A program made the translations under genes and the position numbers. From Eledone cirrhosa (lineage: Eukaryota), in assembly GCA_964016885.1 (NCBI GenBank), contig OZ024743.1, forward strand, positions 183,024,001 through 183,088,000: 64,000 nt of DNA. Reading direction: 5' to 3'. Below the pieces are notes generated by a model. It was not told the DNA's origin and did no database searches. It saw only the letters and a program-made list of their open reading frames with translations. This document shows positions 1 through 11,948 of the stretch, one piece after another (positions within the stretch are counted from its first letter, which is position 1; every line of letters starts with the position of its first letter).

Positions 1-2110
1 TAAGGCGGCTGGGCCTTCGGAAATAGTTGCTGAGATGCTGAAAGCCTCTGGAATGGTGGGACACACCATGGTCTCCCGGATAGTAAACCAAGTCATACAG
101 AATGGGGTTGTTCCGAAGGACTGGCGTAGCAGCATCATCATTAACTGTTACAAGGGTAAAGGAGATGCCCTAGATAGGTGTAACTTTAGAGGCATTAAAT
201 TAATCGACCAGGTCATGAAGGTCACGGAAAAAGTAAAAGCGCAACTAATCAGAGAGAGAATTGATCTAGATGAAATGCAGTTCGGGTTTGTGTCAGGCAA
301 AAGTACCACATACTCTTTTCATTGTACGACAACTACAGGAGAAGTACCTAGCTAAAAGTAAACCCCTATACTTAGCTTTTGTTGACTTGGAGAAAGCCTT
401 TGACAGAGTCCCCTGTTCCATTATCTGGTGGGCTCTTAGAAAACTAGGTGTTGACGAATGGCTTGTGAGAGCTATACAAGCCATGTATAAAGAAACAGTC
501 AGCAAGGTTAGAATTAACAACGAATATAGTGAAGAGTTTAGCGTAAAAGTTGGTGTCCATCAGGGCTCTGTTCTTAGCCTCCTACTATTTATTATTGCCC
601 TTCAGGCTATAACAGAGGAGTTCAAGACCGGCTGCCCATGGGAACTCCTATACGCAGGTGATCTAACGCTCATAGCTGAATCAATGGCCGAGCTAGAGAA
701 GAAATTCCAAACATGGAAGCACGGCCTAGAATCAAAAGGCCTTAAAATTAACCTGGCTAAGACTAAAGTTCTAGTTTGTAGGAAAGAAAATAAGGCGCTG
801 GTCCCTTCTGGGAAATGGCCATGCTCAGTGTGTAGGAAAAGCGTAGGTAGAAACTCCATTTTATGTCCCAAATGCAAAGTATGGGTGCATAAAAGATGTA
901 GTGGGATCACAGGTAAGTTAACTAAGAACATAGATTTTACATGTGGCCGGTGCTCTAGTGCAATAAGTAGCAGCAAGTGCCCACAAAATACTAGCTCTTT
1001 CAATTGCGCAGAGGGTTCTATAGAAATAGTGGACAGCTTCCGTTACCTGGGTGACAAAATCACAGTGGAGGAGGGTGCTCTGAAAGTACAGTAGCTAGAG
1101 TCAGAACTGGATGGAAAAAGTTCAGAGAGCTTATACCACTATTAGCCGCTAAAGGGTTCTCCCTAAGAATGAAAGGCAGGTTGTATGATTCCTGCATACA
1201 AACAGCAATGTTGCATGGCAGTGAGACCTGGGCATTGTGTGCAGAGGATATACGCAGACTAGAGAGGAACGAAGCTTGCATGCTCCGCTGGATGTGTAAT
1301 AGTAATATACGTGAACGGCAAAGCATAAACGAACTAAGGAAAAAATTAGAAATAAGAGGGATCAGATGTTGTTTACTCGAGAGAAGGCTACGTTGGTATG
1401 GTCACGTGATGCGCATGAAAGACGACAGCTGTATAACAAAGTGCAGGGCAATAAATATAGACGGTAGCTACGGAGTAGGCAGACCCAGAAAAACCTGGGA
1501 CGAGCTGATAAATTCCGACCTCACACACTTACACCTCTCCAAGACAATGTCACTGGACCGAGACCTTTGGCGGTACTCAGTAATAGAGAAGACCCGCCTT
1601 ACCTAAATACAAAGTAAAACCTACTACAGTCAGTAGGCATCTCTAACAAAATACACTCCCGTCCCACCCCCACCCCACCCACACCGCCCCTTTCAATGTA
1701 AAGTTATGTTGGTGCCACAACATCCAGGCTGAAACAAATGAGATCGTGTAGGTGTCACGACAAAAAAAACACACAGTCCACGCTGTAATGTGGCCGTGTA
1801 GGCAACACGGTAAAAAAACCCCAGCCCCACACTGTAAATGTGGTTGGTGTTAGGAAGGGCATCCAGCTGTAGAAAACCCGCCAGACAGTCCACGCTGTAA
1901 TGTGGCCGTGTAGGCAACACGGTAAAAACCTCCCAGCCCCACACTGTAAATGTGGTTGGTGTTAGGAAGGGCATCCAGCTGTAGAAAACCCGCCAGACAG
2001 TCCTATGCGAGCAAGACAATCACTCTTGCCTCAAGTGGGAAAACCCCCGTCCAAACCCATGCAAGCGTGGAACACGGACGTTAAACGATGATGATGATGA
2101 TGATGATGAT
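1..2110 (+). mobile_element. RTE-clade LINE, PHD-containing family A; RT, 3' UTR and (GAT)n tail; frameshifted, 5' part outside window
   Basis: ORFs 35-355, 270-1094 and 1169-1606 carry RT motifs AFVDLEKAFD, GVHQGSVLS, LLYAGD, FRYLG, RRLRWYGHV and GRPRKTW. The sequence is near-identical to 17214-21375. Confidence 0.95.
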
Positions 2111-2114
2111 ATAT

Positions 2115-2554
2115 ATATACGATATTAATAAATGGAAACTATATTTATAAAACCATATTTATTTCATGATACATATTTCAGGGATACCACATTAAATTAT
2201 GGTATGCCTTCATCAGACAAAATACAGTATATAACAGTTTTACAAATAGGTTTGACGTACCCTTTAAAATACAACCATCACTTATGGAGGCTGTCTGGAT
2301 AAGTAATGGTTGTATTTTAAAGGGTACGTCAAACCTATTTGTAAAACTGTTATATATTGTATTTTGTCTGATGAAGGCATACTATAATTTAATGTGGTAT
2401 CCCTGAAATATGTATAATGAAATAAATATGGTTTTATAAATATAGTTTCCATTTATTAATATCGTATATCTACTCCAAAAATTTGTCGAGTGCTTTATAT
2501 CAGTTATAAAAATATTTACTTGTTGTATCCCAACAACTTTAAATAGAACTTTTG
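2115..2554. mobile_element. Non-coding fold-back element: about 171-bp inverted arms, 13-nt loop and an 85-bp tail; Penelope-like non-autonomous
   Basis: 2115-2285 is the reverse complement of 2299-2469 with few mismatches. The tail 2483-2554 recurs inverted at 63478-63549. Microsatellites flank the element. Confidence 0.7.
2363..2420 (+). ncRNA. Degenerate hammerhead-like motif (mirror copy on - strand at about 2164-2221)
   Basis: CTGATGA, then stem II (aggcatac...gtatccct), then GAAA-tatg-TA. Stem I pairing is poor. Confidence 0.4.
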
Positions 2555-2575
2555 CATATATATATATATATATAT

Positions 2576-2608
<33 letters not shown>

Positions 2609-3429
2609 TACATATATACATACATACATACATATATATATATACATACATACATACATACATTAATTTTACGTATCAAATTTTACATATACTTCGTACG
2701 AGCTTTTATGTAGCTTGCACTAGAACTTTTGTATCGTGGCGGCACCCTTAGAGATAGTATTAGTATTCTTTTTCGGGACTCTGAATTATTATTTCGTATT
2801 AGTGTACTTTTTTGCACTGGGTGGTTGCTGGCCTTGTGCCAGGGGTAGAAACCTTTATTTATTATTTTGTGGTAGTTTCTTTAGTATTTTGGCCCCTCAC
2901 TTGTTGACCCGTCACCGTAAGATATACTCGGTTTATTACTTATACCTCTTAAAAAAGTCTCATTATAATTCCATCCCACCTAGTATACCTTTCTTTAGCC
3001 TAGCAGTACCAGTGGTCGTAGTAACCAGAAATTGTTTTGTTTTTTTTACATTTAATTGCTTTTTAACACTCTCGGTATTTTTCTATATATTTACCCCATA
3101 TCGTTCTACTTATTGTTTCGACTTCCTTCCCCTCCCCCTCCCTAGTATCTTCTTTGACCTCATGCCCAGCTGTAGTCGGCACTATCAACGCATGAATGGG
3201 TCTCCTCCACCCCCTCTCTCTCTTTCTCTTACTGGCAGGTGCCATCATAGAATTATTATGTCTCAACAACAAACTTTTGACCAATCCTTGTGACAATCAC
3301 TTTTACCATATACGGAATTACCCCTTGAGAAGCTCGGCTATTCAAATACCAGGATAAAAATTTTCATTTAGTCCAGAATTAGCCATTGAAACGGCTTGAG
3401 CTCAGCCGTCGGGGTCCTACTCGTTCCTA

Positions 3430-3448
3430 CACACATATATATATATAT

Positions 3449-3479
<31 letters not shown>

Positions 3480-3774
3480 CATACATATATATATATATAC
3501 ATACATATATATATACATACATACATATATATGTATATATATACATACATATATATGTATATATATACATACATATATATGTATATATATACATACATAT
3601 ATATGTATATATATACATACATATATATGTATATATATACATACATATATATGTATATATACATACATATATATATATACATACATACATATATATGTAT
3701 ATATATACATACATATATATGTATATATACATACATATATATATATACATACATATATATATATACATACATAC

Positions 3775-3814
<40 letters not shown>

Positions 3815-3845
3815 ATACATATATATATTCACATACATACATATA

Positions 3846-3877
<32 letters not shown>

Positions 3878-3962
3878 CATATATACATACATATATATAT
3901 ATATAGATACACATATATATATATACATACATACATATATATACATACATACATATATATAC

Positions 3963-3996
<34 letters not shown>

Positions 3997-4025
3997 ATAT
4001 ACATACATATATATATACATACATA

Positions 4026-4067
<42 letters not shown>

Positions 4068-4093
4068 CATATATATACATACATACATATATA

Positions 4094-4181
<88 letters not shown>

Positions 4182-4385
4182 CATACATATATATATATAT
4201 AGATATATCCCCACACTGTAAATGTGGTTGGTGTTAGGAAGGGCATCCAACTGTATAAAACCCGCCAGACAGTCCTATGCGAGCAAGACAACCACTCTTG
4301 CCTCAAGTGGGAAAACTCCCGTCCAAACCCATGCAAGCGTGGAACATGGACGTTAAACGATGATGATGATGATGATGATACATAC

Positions 4386-4416
<31 letters not shown>

Positions 4417-4509
4417 CATACATATATATATATATATACATACATATATATATATATACATACATATATATATATACATACATATATATATATATACATA
4501 CATATATAT

Positions 4510-4556
<47 letters not shown>

Positions 4557-4622
4557 CATACATATATATATATATACATACATATATATATATACATACA
4601 TACATATATATATACATACATA

Positions 4623-4654
<32 letters not shown>

Positions 4655-4789
4655 CATACATATATATATATATACATACATATATATATATACATACATA
4701 CATATATATATACATACATATATATATATACATACATACATATATATATACATACATACATATATATATATATATACATACATATATAT

Positions 4790-4822
<33 letters not shown>

Positions 4823-4985
4823 CATACATATATATATATATACATACATACATATATATATATATACATACATACATATATATATATACATACATATATA
4901 TATATACATACATACATATATATATATATATACATACATATATATATATATACATACATATATATATATATACATACATATATAT

Positions 4986-5016
<31 letters not shown>

Positions 5017-5028
5017 CATACATATATA
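3430..5028. repeat. Compound (TA)n/(TACA)n microsatellite interrupted by an RTE 3' fragment
   Basis: Read directly from the sequence. Confidence 0.97.
4209..4378 (+). mobile_element. RTE family A 3' UTR-only fragment with (GAT)n tail
   Basis: Matches 1937-2110 (ccccacactgtaaatgtggttggtgttaggaagggcatcc...ggacgttaaacgatgatg). Confidence 0.93.
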
Positions 5029-6848
5029 TGAAAATGGCACTCTTCAAGACAATGCTAAAACCATGGGTGAGATACTGCAGAAACAATACTGCTGTTTTCA
5101 GCAATCCTGATATGGCCGATCTGTTCTGTATCGGCGATGTTACTCCCCATTACACCTTATCGGACATAACGTTTGGCGCCCCTGATGTCTTAGCGGCAAT
5201 AAAGGAAATCAAGCATAATTCAGCAGTAGGTCCTGATAGATTCCCTGCTTGTATCTTGAAGGCGTGTCAACACCAACTTGCATTTCCTCTTGCCAATCTG
5301 TGGCGGAACTCACTGGATGCTGGATATGTGCCAGAAAACCTTCTATCCCAGTCTGTTGTCCCAGTTTTCAAAAAAGGAAACAAATCCCTTGCCGTGAATT
5401 ACTGTCCAATCTCACTCACCTCTCATATCATTAAGGTATTTGAGAGAGTGGTGAGATCGCGAATGACTCACTTCCTTGAGAGTAACAATATGCTGAACTC
5501 CAACCAGCATGGATTCCGTAATGGAAGGGATTGCCTGACGCAGCTACTGCATCACTTTGATGACATTTTGGGAGCCTTGCGAGAGGGTTCCAACACTGAT
5601 GTTATCTACCTTGATTTCAGCAAGGCCTTTGACAGGGTTGATCACAACATTCTACTGAGAAAGCTGTCCAATATTGGTGTCACTGGAAAGCTGCTGCAGT
5701 GGATCAAGAGCTTCCTGTCAAACGGAACCCAACATGTTGTAGTCGAAGGAATCAAATCCAGCCCAGCCAAAGTCAGTAGTGGGGTCCCACAAGGCACTGT
5801 GTTGGGCCCACTTCTCTTCATCATCTATATTAATGACATCACTGACATCATCAAACACAGCAACATTAGAATTTTCGCTGATGATTACAAGCTCCAAAAG
5901 GTCATCAATGGCGTGGATGACCGGATAAGCATTCAGTCAGACCTACTGGCGGTTACCCAATGGGCGGTAAAGAACAACATGTTACTGAACGAAGACAAAT
6001 TCGAACTGATCCACTTTGGAAAAGAGGATGCTCTGAAACTCCCGTACTCCCTTCCCTCCGGTGAAACTCTCGTGGCATCTAACAACATCAGAGACTTGGG
6101 AGTAACCGTGGACAGCAACATAAGCTGGGCCACGCATATAAGCAGTAAAGTTGACATGGCCCGCAAAATGTGTTCCTGGAACCTCAGAACCTTCCAGTCG
6201 AGAGATTCCCACACCATTATCCTTCTCTTCTCCACTTTTGCCCGACCACACCTTGAATACTGTTGTCCACTGTGGTCTCCCCACACGAAACAAAGTATCA
6301 TGAAACTTGAAGCTCCCCAAAGGGCAATCACGAAAAAGATAGATGGCATGTCAGACCTTGACTACTGGGGTCGACTAGAAAAGCTGAAACTTTACTCACT
6401 CCAACGTCGCCGTGAGCGTTATATTATCTGCATGATATGGAAAATGTTTCATCAGCACTGCCCAAATGATGTTGGCATCACCTTCAAAATACACCCAAGG
6501 CTTGGGCCCCGTGCTATCCGTCCCAAACAAAAATCTAAATCGCAACTCATAACAACAATACGGCACAATTATTTCACCTCAATTGGCCCTGCTCTCTTCA
6601 ACATCACACCAGGACACGTCAAAACAGAAACTGACCACACAAAATTCAAGAAGACTTTGGACAAATTCCTCCAAGTAATCCCGGACAAACCACCCACACC
6701 CGGATATGCCTCCGCAAACAGTAATTCCCTTCTCGAATGGGCCATGGTGCCCAAATCCTGAATTGAAAGACTTCGCCAGGTGGTGCTATTAAGTTAGACA
6801 TGGCCTGGGCCAATACTGGCCGAAACATTTCAAAGTTATTCAAAGTTA
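5029..6848 (+). mobile_element. 5'-truncated CR1/L2-group LINE; RT ORF open to 6761
   Basis: Motifs [45 protein letters not shown] and SLQRRRER. The short 3' UTR ends in tandem TTCAAAGTTA. No endonuclease domain remains. Confidence 0.9.
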
Positions 6849-6869
6849 TATATATATACATCCATACAT

Positions 6870-7930
6870 ACCAGATAGAAAAATGCGTACAGCAAAAAAA
6901 AGTAATATTGTTGGAATATAAACCTTTAAAAATACAGGACAAGAAACTAAAATAAAACTTTAAAAGAATAGGACAAGAAACTAAGATAAAACTTTAAAAG
7001 AATAGGACAAGAAACTAAGATAAAACTTTAAAGAATTGGACAAGAAATAAAAAATGTTACAATAATATTAGTGGCAAAATTTTTATTGGTAAAAAATCGA
7101 GTTCCACATTCATAGGCTCTGGGTTCCACATTCAGAGGTCGTCGTCAGACCGGGGGGATCATTTGATCCTGGTTTGAACACCAATTGGGCCATAACCATA
7201 CCTCTATTTCATCATTCGGCGACACGCCTCATGTGTCATGCATAATGTGAATGGATCCATGGGCCCATGAGCACAGATCTTGAGCAGCAGCGGACGGTCG
7301 TGTCGTCCCGCTCATCCTTGATCTTGACCAACCCGTCCATCTTCTCCTTGCATCTTGTCCTTGAGTTCAAGTCCGGCAGTCCAGATGAATGCGTGCCACA
7401 GCTTTCTGGTACAGGAAGGGGGAGCAGGAGGACTGGAGGGATGACGGGACAGAGGGAGGGAGGACCGGTGGTTGAGGGAGGTGCCATAGTCGGTGGTCAG
7501 AGTCGACATCTTGTCCCGGTCGTCTTCTCCATCTTCGTCTGGTGTTGCGGGACCAGAAGTGCATTCTTGGAGGAGACCTGCAACTGCATCAGCTAATTTT
7601 TCTTGCAATGGTCATTCTGATGGAGCAGAACTGCTCAGCCAACCAACCCCAACCAGAACCAACCGCTCAGGGGCAACGCACAATGAGAGCATGACAATTA
7701 TTATGCACTAATCAAGAAGATACTGGGGCATAGCACAGGAAACGAATAAAAAAATTTTGCCACTAATATTATTGTAAAATTTTTTATTTCTTGTCCAATT
7801 CTTTAAAGTTTTATCTTAGTTTCTTGTCCTATTCTTTTAAAGTTTTATTTTAGTTTCTTGTCCTGTATTTTTAAAGGTTTATATTCCAACAATATTACTT
7901 TTTTTTGCTGTACGCATTTTTCTATCTGGT
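6870..7930. repeat. Long inverted repeat (arms 6870-7087 and 7745-7930) around a 657-bp GC-richer spacer
   Basis: The arms are reverse complements. Each contains about 34-bp subrepeats (ggacaagaaactaagataaaactttaaaagaata), with one more unit on the left. Confidence 0.9.
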
Positions 7931-8203
7931 CTACTATTTTTTAAGGCAATTCAAGCAACAACTATCTAATAATTAAATGATCATAGTGAATTACTGACAA
8001 GTGATTGACATTTTAAAGTTCTTTTGAGTATAATTGCAATCTAGTTGAGGCAACTGGCTTAATGACAAAGCTAGTAAATCATGAATGCATTTGAGATGAT
8101 TAGTGCATAATAGTGAATTGGCGAAACTTGTGCATTTCAATGGTGTTACAACAATAGATGTAAGTTATATAGTAGTAATACTTTATCATTTTAACTTTTT
8201 AGA

Positions 8204-8563
8204 ATGGACAAAAACCCATGCAAAGAAATGACTTTGACTGCAGTAATTCTCTCCAATTTACTTACAAAGCAAAACGTGGTCAAATACCTTATCATCTCTG
8301 ATAAAATGCCCATTGAATCACTGAAAATCGGATGCATGGAATTCCTCATAAAATGCACCTATGAATCGGAAGCCATCACATATATCAATGGATATAGGGA
8401 GTTGTTCACACTGGAAGACCATCACTTCATTTGTGACTTCATCAGTTATCTCCACAATTATCTCAGACACCCAATGCCATTGATGAGAGGTGATCCAATG
8501 TGTGAGCATGTAACTAATCTTATAGAAGTTGTTATCGACCACCTGGCTTTTAGTGACATTTGA
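8204..8563 (+). CDS. 119-aa ORF resembling the BACK/BPM C-terminal domain of SPOP/Roadkill-type BTB proteins; possible terminal exon, small gene or pseudogene
   Basis: LSNLLTKQNVVKYLIISDKMPIESLKIGCMEFL...GYRELF...HHFI matches by eye the SPOP pattern LCSNLSVENAAEILILAD...LKTQAVDFI...GWKSM...HPHLV. It is preceded by a polypyrimidine tract and AG at 8201-8202. Confidence 0.5.
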   Translation: MDKNPCKEMTLTAVILSNLLTKQNVVKYLIISDKMPIESLKIGCMEFLIKCTYESEAITYINGYRELFTLEDHHFICDFISYLHNYLRHPMPLMRGDPMCEHVTNLIEVVIDHLAFSDI

Positions 8564-8652
8564 CTGATTTGACTGATAATGATGTATTTTTAAAAAGTAT
8601 GTGTACATTCTTGTTACTATTTTAAGGCAATGCAAGCAACAACTATTTAATA

Positions 8653-11027
8653 AAAAGAAGACGATTTAGAGACGTATGACAATGCAAGCAACAACTATTT
8701 AATAAAAAGAAGACGATTTAGAGACGTATGACATAGATAATAACTGGAAGTTCTTACGTGACAACTTGCTGCAGGCTACTGATGAAACCTGTGGCTGGAG
8801 CAGAGCTCCAACCAGACAGAGAGTGACCTGGTGGTGGAACAGCACAGTAGATAAGGCTATTAGAGACAAAAGACTAGCATGGAAGGCTTGGAAAAAGGGT
8901 GGGAGTAGGGAAGAATATACAGCCACTAAGAGAGAAGCTAGACGTCAGGTGTACTTAGCACGCAGGGAGGCAGAGAGTAGGAGGTTTGCCAATGTTCTGC
9001 GACGGGAAGATCAGAGGCGTGCGGTGTTCCACATTGCAAGGCAGTGTGTCAATGCAAATCAGGATGTTGTTGGAGATAAATGTGTCCGGGATGATGCCGG
9101 TGTACTTAGTGTCACAAATGACCAGAAAAAGGAGGCCTGGAAATGTCATTATGAGAGACTGATGAATGTGGAGAACGAATGGGAGAGAGAGAAATTACCC
9201 TTGGTAGATCCGACAGAGGGACCAGCTATTGAGATTGACGAATATAGGGTTCAAGAGGCGATTAGGGAAATGAAAAATGGTAAGGCGGCCGGACCATCGG
9301 GAATAGTTGCTGAGATGCTGAAGGCATCAGGGGACGTAGGCACTAAACTGGTTGCACGCATCATCAATCAGGCTATATATGGTGGTGTCATACCCAAAGA
9401 CTGGTGCAGCAGTATTCTCATAAATTGCTACAAAGGTAAAGGGGATGCTTTGGAGAGGAGCAATTATAGGGGTATAAAACTGATAGATCAGGTTATGAAA
9501 GTGGCAGAAAGGATTTTAGCACAACTAATTAGAGAAAGGGTCAAACTAGATGAGATGCAGTTTGGTTTTGTGCCTGGGAAGAGTACAACAGATGCCCTCT
9601 TCTTGGTGAGACAAATGCAAGAGAGGTTCTTAGAGAAGAATAAGCCACTATACTTAGCCTTTGTTGACCTAGAGAAGGCCTTTGATAGGGTACCCCGATC
9701 TGTCATCTGGTGGTCCCTAAGGAAGCTAGGTGTTGAGGAATGGCTTGTGAGGACAGTGCAAACTTTGTACAGAGGTACTCTCAGTAAAGTCAGGGTAGGA
9801 ATGGAGTTTAGTGAGGAATTCCAGATACAAGTAAGAGTACATCAGGGTTCGGTCCTCAGCCCGCTCTTGTTCATTATAGTCCTCCAAGCCATAACAGAGG
9901 AGTTTAAGACTGGCTGTCCATGGGAACTTCTCTATACTGATGATCTGGCTCTTATAGCAGAATCAGTAGAGGAGCTAGAGAATAAATTCCGGCTATGGAA
10001 ACAGTAGTTGGAAGCAAGAGGACTGAGAGTAAATCTAGCTAAGACAAAAGTGTTGATGAGTAGAAAAGAGGACAAAACCCTGATTCCGTCAGGGAAATGG
10101 CCATGTTCGATATGCAGAAAAGGAACTGGCATAAATTCTATAAAATGCACACAATGCAGGTCCTGGGTACACAAGAGATGTAGCGGGATAGCAGGCAAAC
10201 TAACAGGTAGGGAGAAATATGTATGCAGTAGATGTACAGGGAAATTAGACAGTAGAAGTCGCAGTGATAGACACATTTTTCAAATGCGAGAGGGCGCTAT
10301 AGAAGTGGTGGATAGCTTCCGGTACCTAGGAGATCAGATTAGCATGGGAGGAGGGTGTTCCGAGGCCATAGTATCTAGAATAAGGACGGGTTGGAAGAAG
10401 TTTAGGGAGCTGCTTCCTCTGTTGACGAAGAAGGGTTTCTCCCTGCGTACGAAAGGCCGGTTGTATAATAATAATAATAATGAAATTATTGTGTACAGTG
10501 CTCAGGTGCACTACAACTCATCAAAGGTGCATGTATAGTACATAGAATAATGTACAAATGATGCCTGTGTGAGGAGCGCGATGCTGCATGGTAGTGAGAC
10601 ATGGGCAGCAACCGCAGAGGATATGCGACAGCTGGAGAGAAATGAGGCAAGCATGCTCCGTTGGATGTGCAGTGTAAATGTGCGTGAACGACCCAGCATA
10701 AATGTGTTGAGAGAGAAACTGTGTCTGAGAGGGATAGAATATAGTGTACGGGAGAGGAGACTGAGGTGGTATGGACATGTGATGCGCATGGAGGATGACC
10801 GATGGGTGAAGTGCCAGGAAATGCCAGTTGAAGGAAGACGTGGTAGAGGTAGACCACGAAAAACATGGGCGGAGGTGGTGAGAACAGACCTCAGATCATT
10901 GAAGCTCACGGTGGAGATGACGAGGGACCGTGACGAGTGGAGAAATGCTGTGCTGAATAAGACCTGTCCCACCCTTGCAAGCAGGGAAAAGCGGACGTAA
11001 AATGATGATGATGATGATGATGATGAT
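8653..11027 (+). mobile_element. RTE LINE, PHD-containing family B; 5'-truncated, with a stop at 10005 and an internal insertion
   Basis: ORFs 8766-10007, 10008-10538 and 10569-11000 are homologous to family A but diverged. The ORF runs almost to the (GAT)n tail. Confidence 0.93.
10466..10557 (-). mobile_element. About 90-bp insertion, probably the 3' tip of another retroposon with an (ATT)n tail
   Basis: It interrupts the GRLY/DACV codons of RTE-B, and the minus strand ends in ttcattattattattatt. Confidence 0.6.
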
Positions 11028-11039
11028 ACATTTATATAC

Positions 11040-11076
<37 letters not shown>

Positions 11077-11112
11077 CATATATATATATATACATATATA
11101 TACATACATACA

Positions 11113-11948
11113 TGTCCCAAATGCAAAGTATGGGTGCATAAAAGATGTAGTGGGATCACAGGTAAGCTAACTAAGAACATAGATTTTACATGTGGCCGGT
11201 GCTCTGGTGCAATAAGTAGCAGCAAGTGCCCACAAAATACTAGCTCTTTCAATTGCGCAGAGGGTTCTATAGAAATAGTGGACAGTTTTCGTTACCTGGG
11301 TGACAAAATCAGCAATGTGGGAGGGTGCTCTGAAAATACAGTAGCTAGAGTCAGAACTGGATGGAAAAAGTTCAGAGAGCTTATACCACTATTAGCCGCT
11401 AAAAGGTTCTCCCTAAAAATGAAAGGCAGGTTGTATGATGCCTGCATACAAACAGCAATGTTGCATGGCAGTGAGACCTGGGCATTGTGTGCAGAGGATA
11501 TACGCAGACTAGAGAGGAACGAAGCTTGCATGCTCCGCTGGATGTGTAATAGTAATATACATGAACGGCAAAGCATAAGCGAACGAAGGAAAAAATTAGA
11601 AATAAGAGGGATCAGATGTTGTTTACTCGAGAGAAGGCTACGTTGGTATGGTCATGTGATGCGCATGAAAGACGACAGCTGTATAACAAAGTGCAGGGCA
11701 ATAAAGATAGACGGTAGCTACGGAGTAGGCAGACCCAGAAAAACCTGGGACGAGCTGATAAATTCCGACCTCACACACTTACACCTCTCCAAGACAATGT
11801 CACTGGACCGAGACCTTTGGCGGTACTCAGTAATAGAGAAGACCCGCCTTACCTAAATACAAAGTAAAACCTACTACAGTCAGTAGGCATCTCCAACAAA
11901 ATACCCCCCCCCCTCACCCCATCCACACCGCCTCTTTCAATGTAAAGT
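11113..11948 (+). mobile_element. RTE family A 3' fragment, truncated at both ends
   Basis: Starts mid-PHD ([12 protein letters not shown]) directly after (TACA)n. The 3' UTR is cut at tgtaaagt. Confidence 0.93.

Noticed and set aside
602-1003. Recurrent antisense ORFs over RTE copies (MKELVFCGH..., MLILTLLTV...)
   Set aside because: Shadows of the conserved sense RT frame, repeated only because the element is repeated.
2736-3425. 185-aa hydrophobic ORF and adjacent unique sequence
   Set aside because: T-rich composition explains the ORF and there are no motifs. It may be the 5' UTR of an unidentified element but cannot be assigned.
4224-5028. Apparent N-terminal extensions fusing microsatellite peptides to TE ORFs (also 10975, 13642, 40386 and 52209-54386)
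   Set aside because: Chance read-through from repeat into 5'-truncated elements.
3368-5104. Long Y/I/H/T or Y/I/C/V/M ORFs here and at 16.8-17.2, 48.3-50.0, 53.2-57.6, 58.9-60.2 and 63.1-63.5 kb
   Set aside because: These are translations of (TA)n/(CA)n microsatellites that lack stop codons, not proteins.
6935-7050. CRISPR-like 34-bp repeats
   Set aside because: The units are contiguous without unique spacers, there are no cas genes, and the context is eukaryotic.
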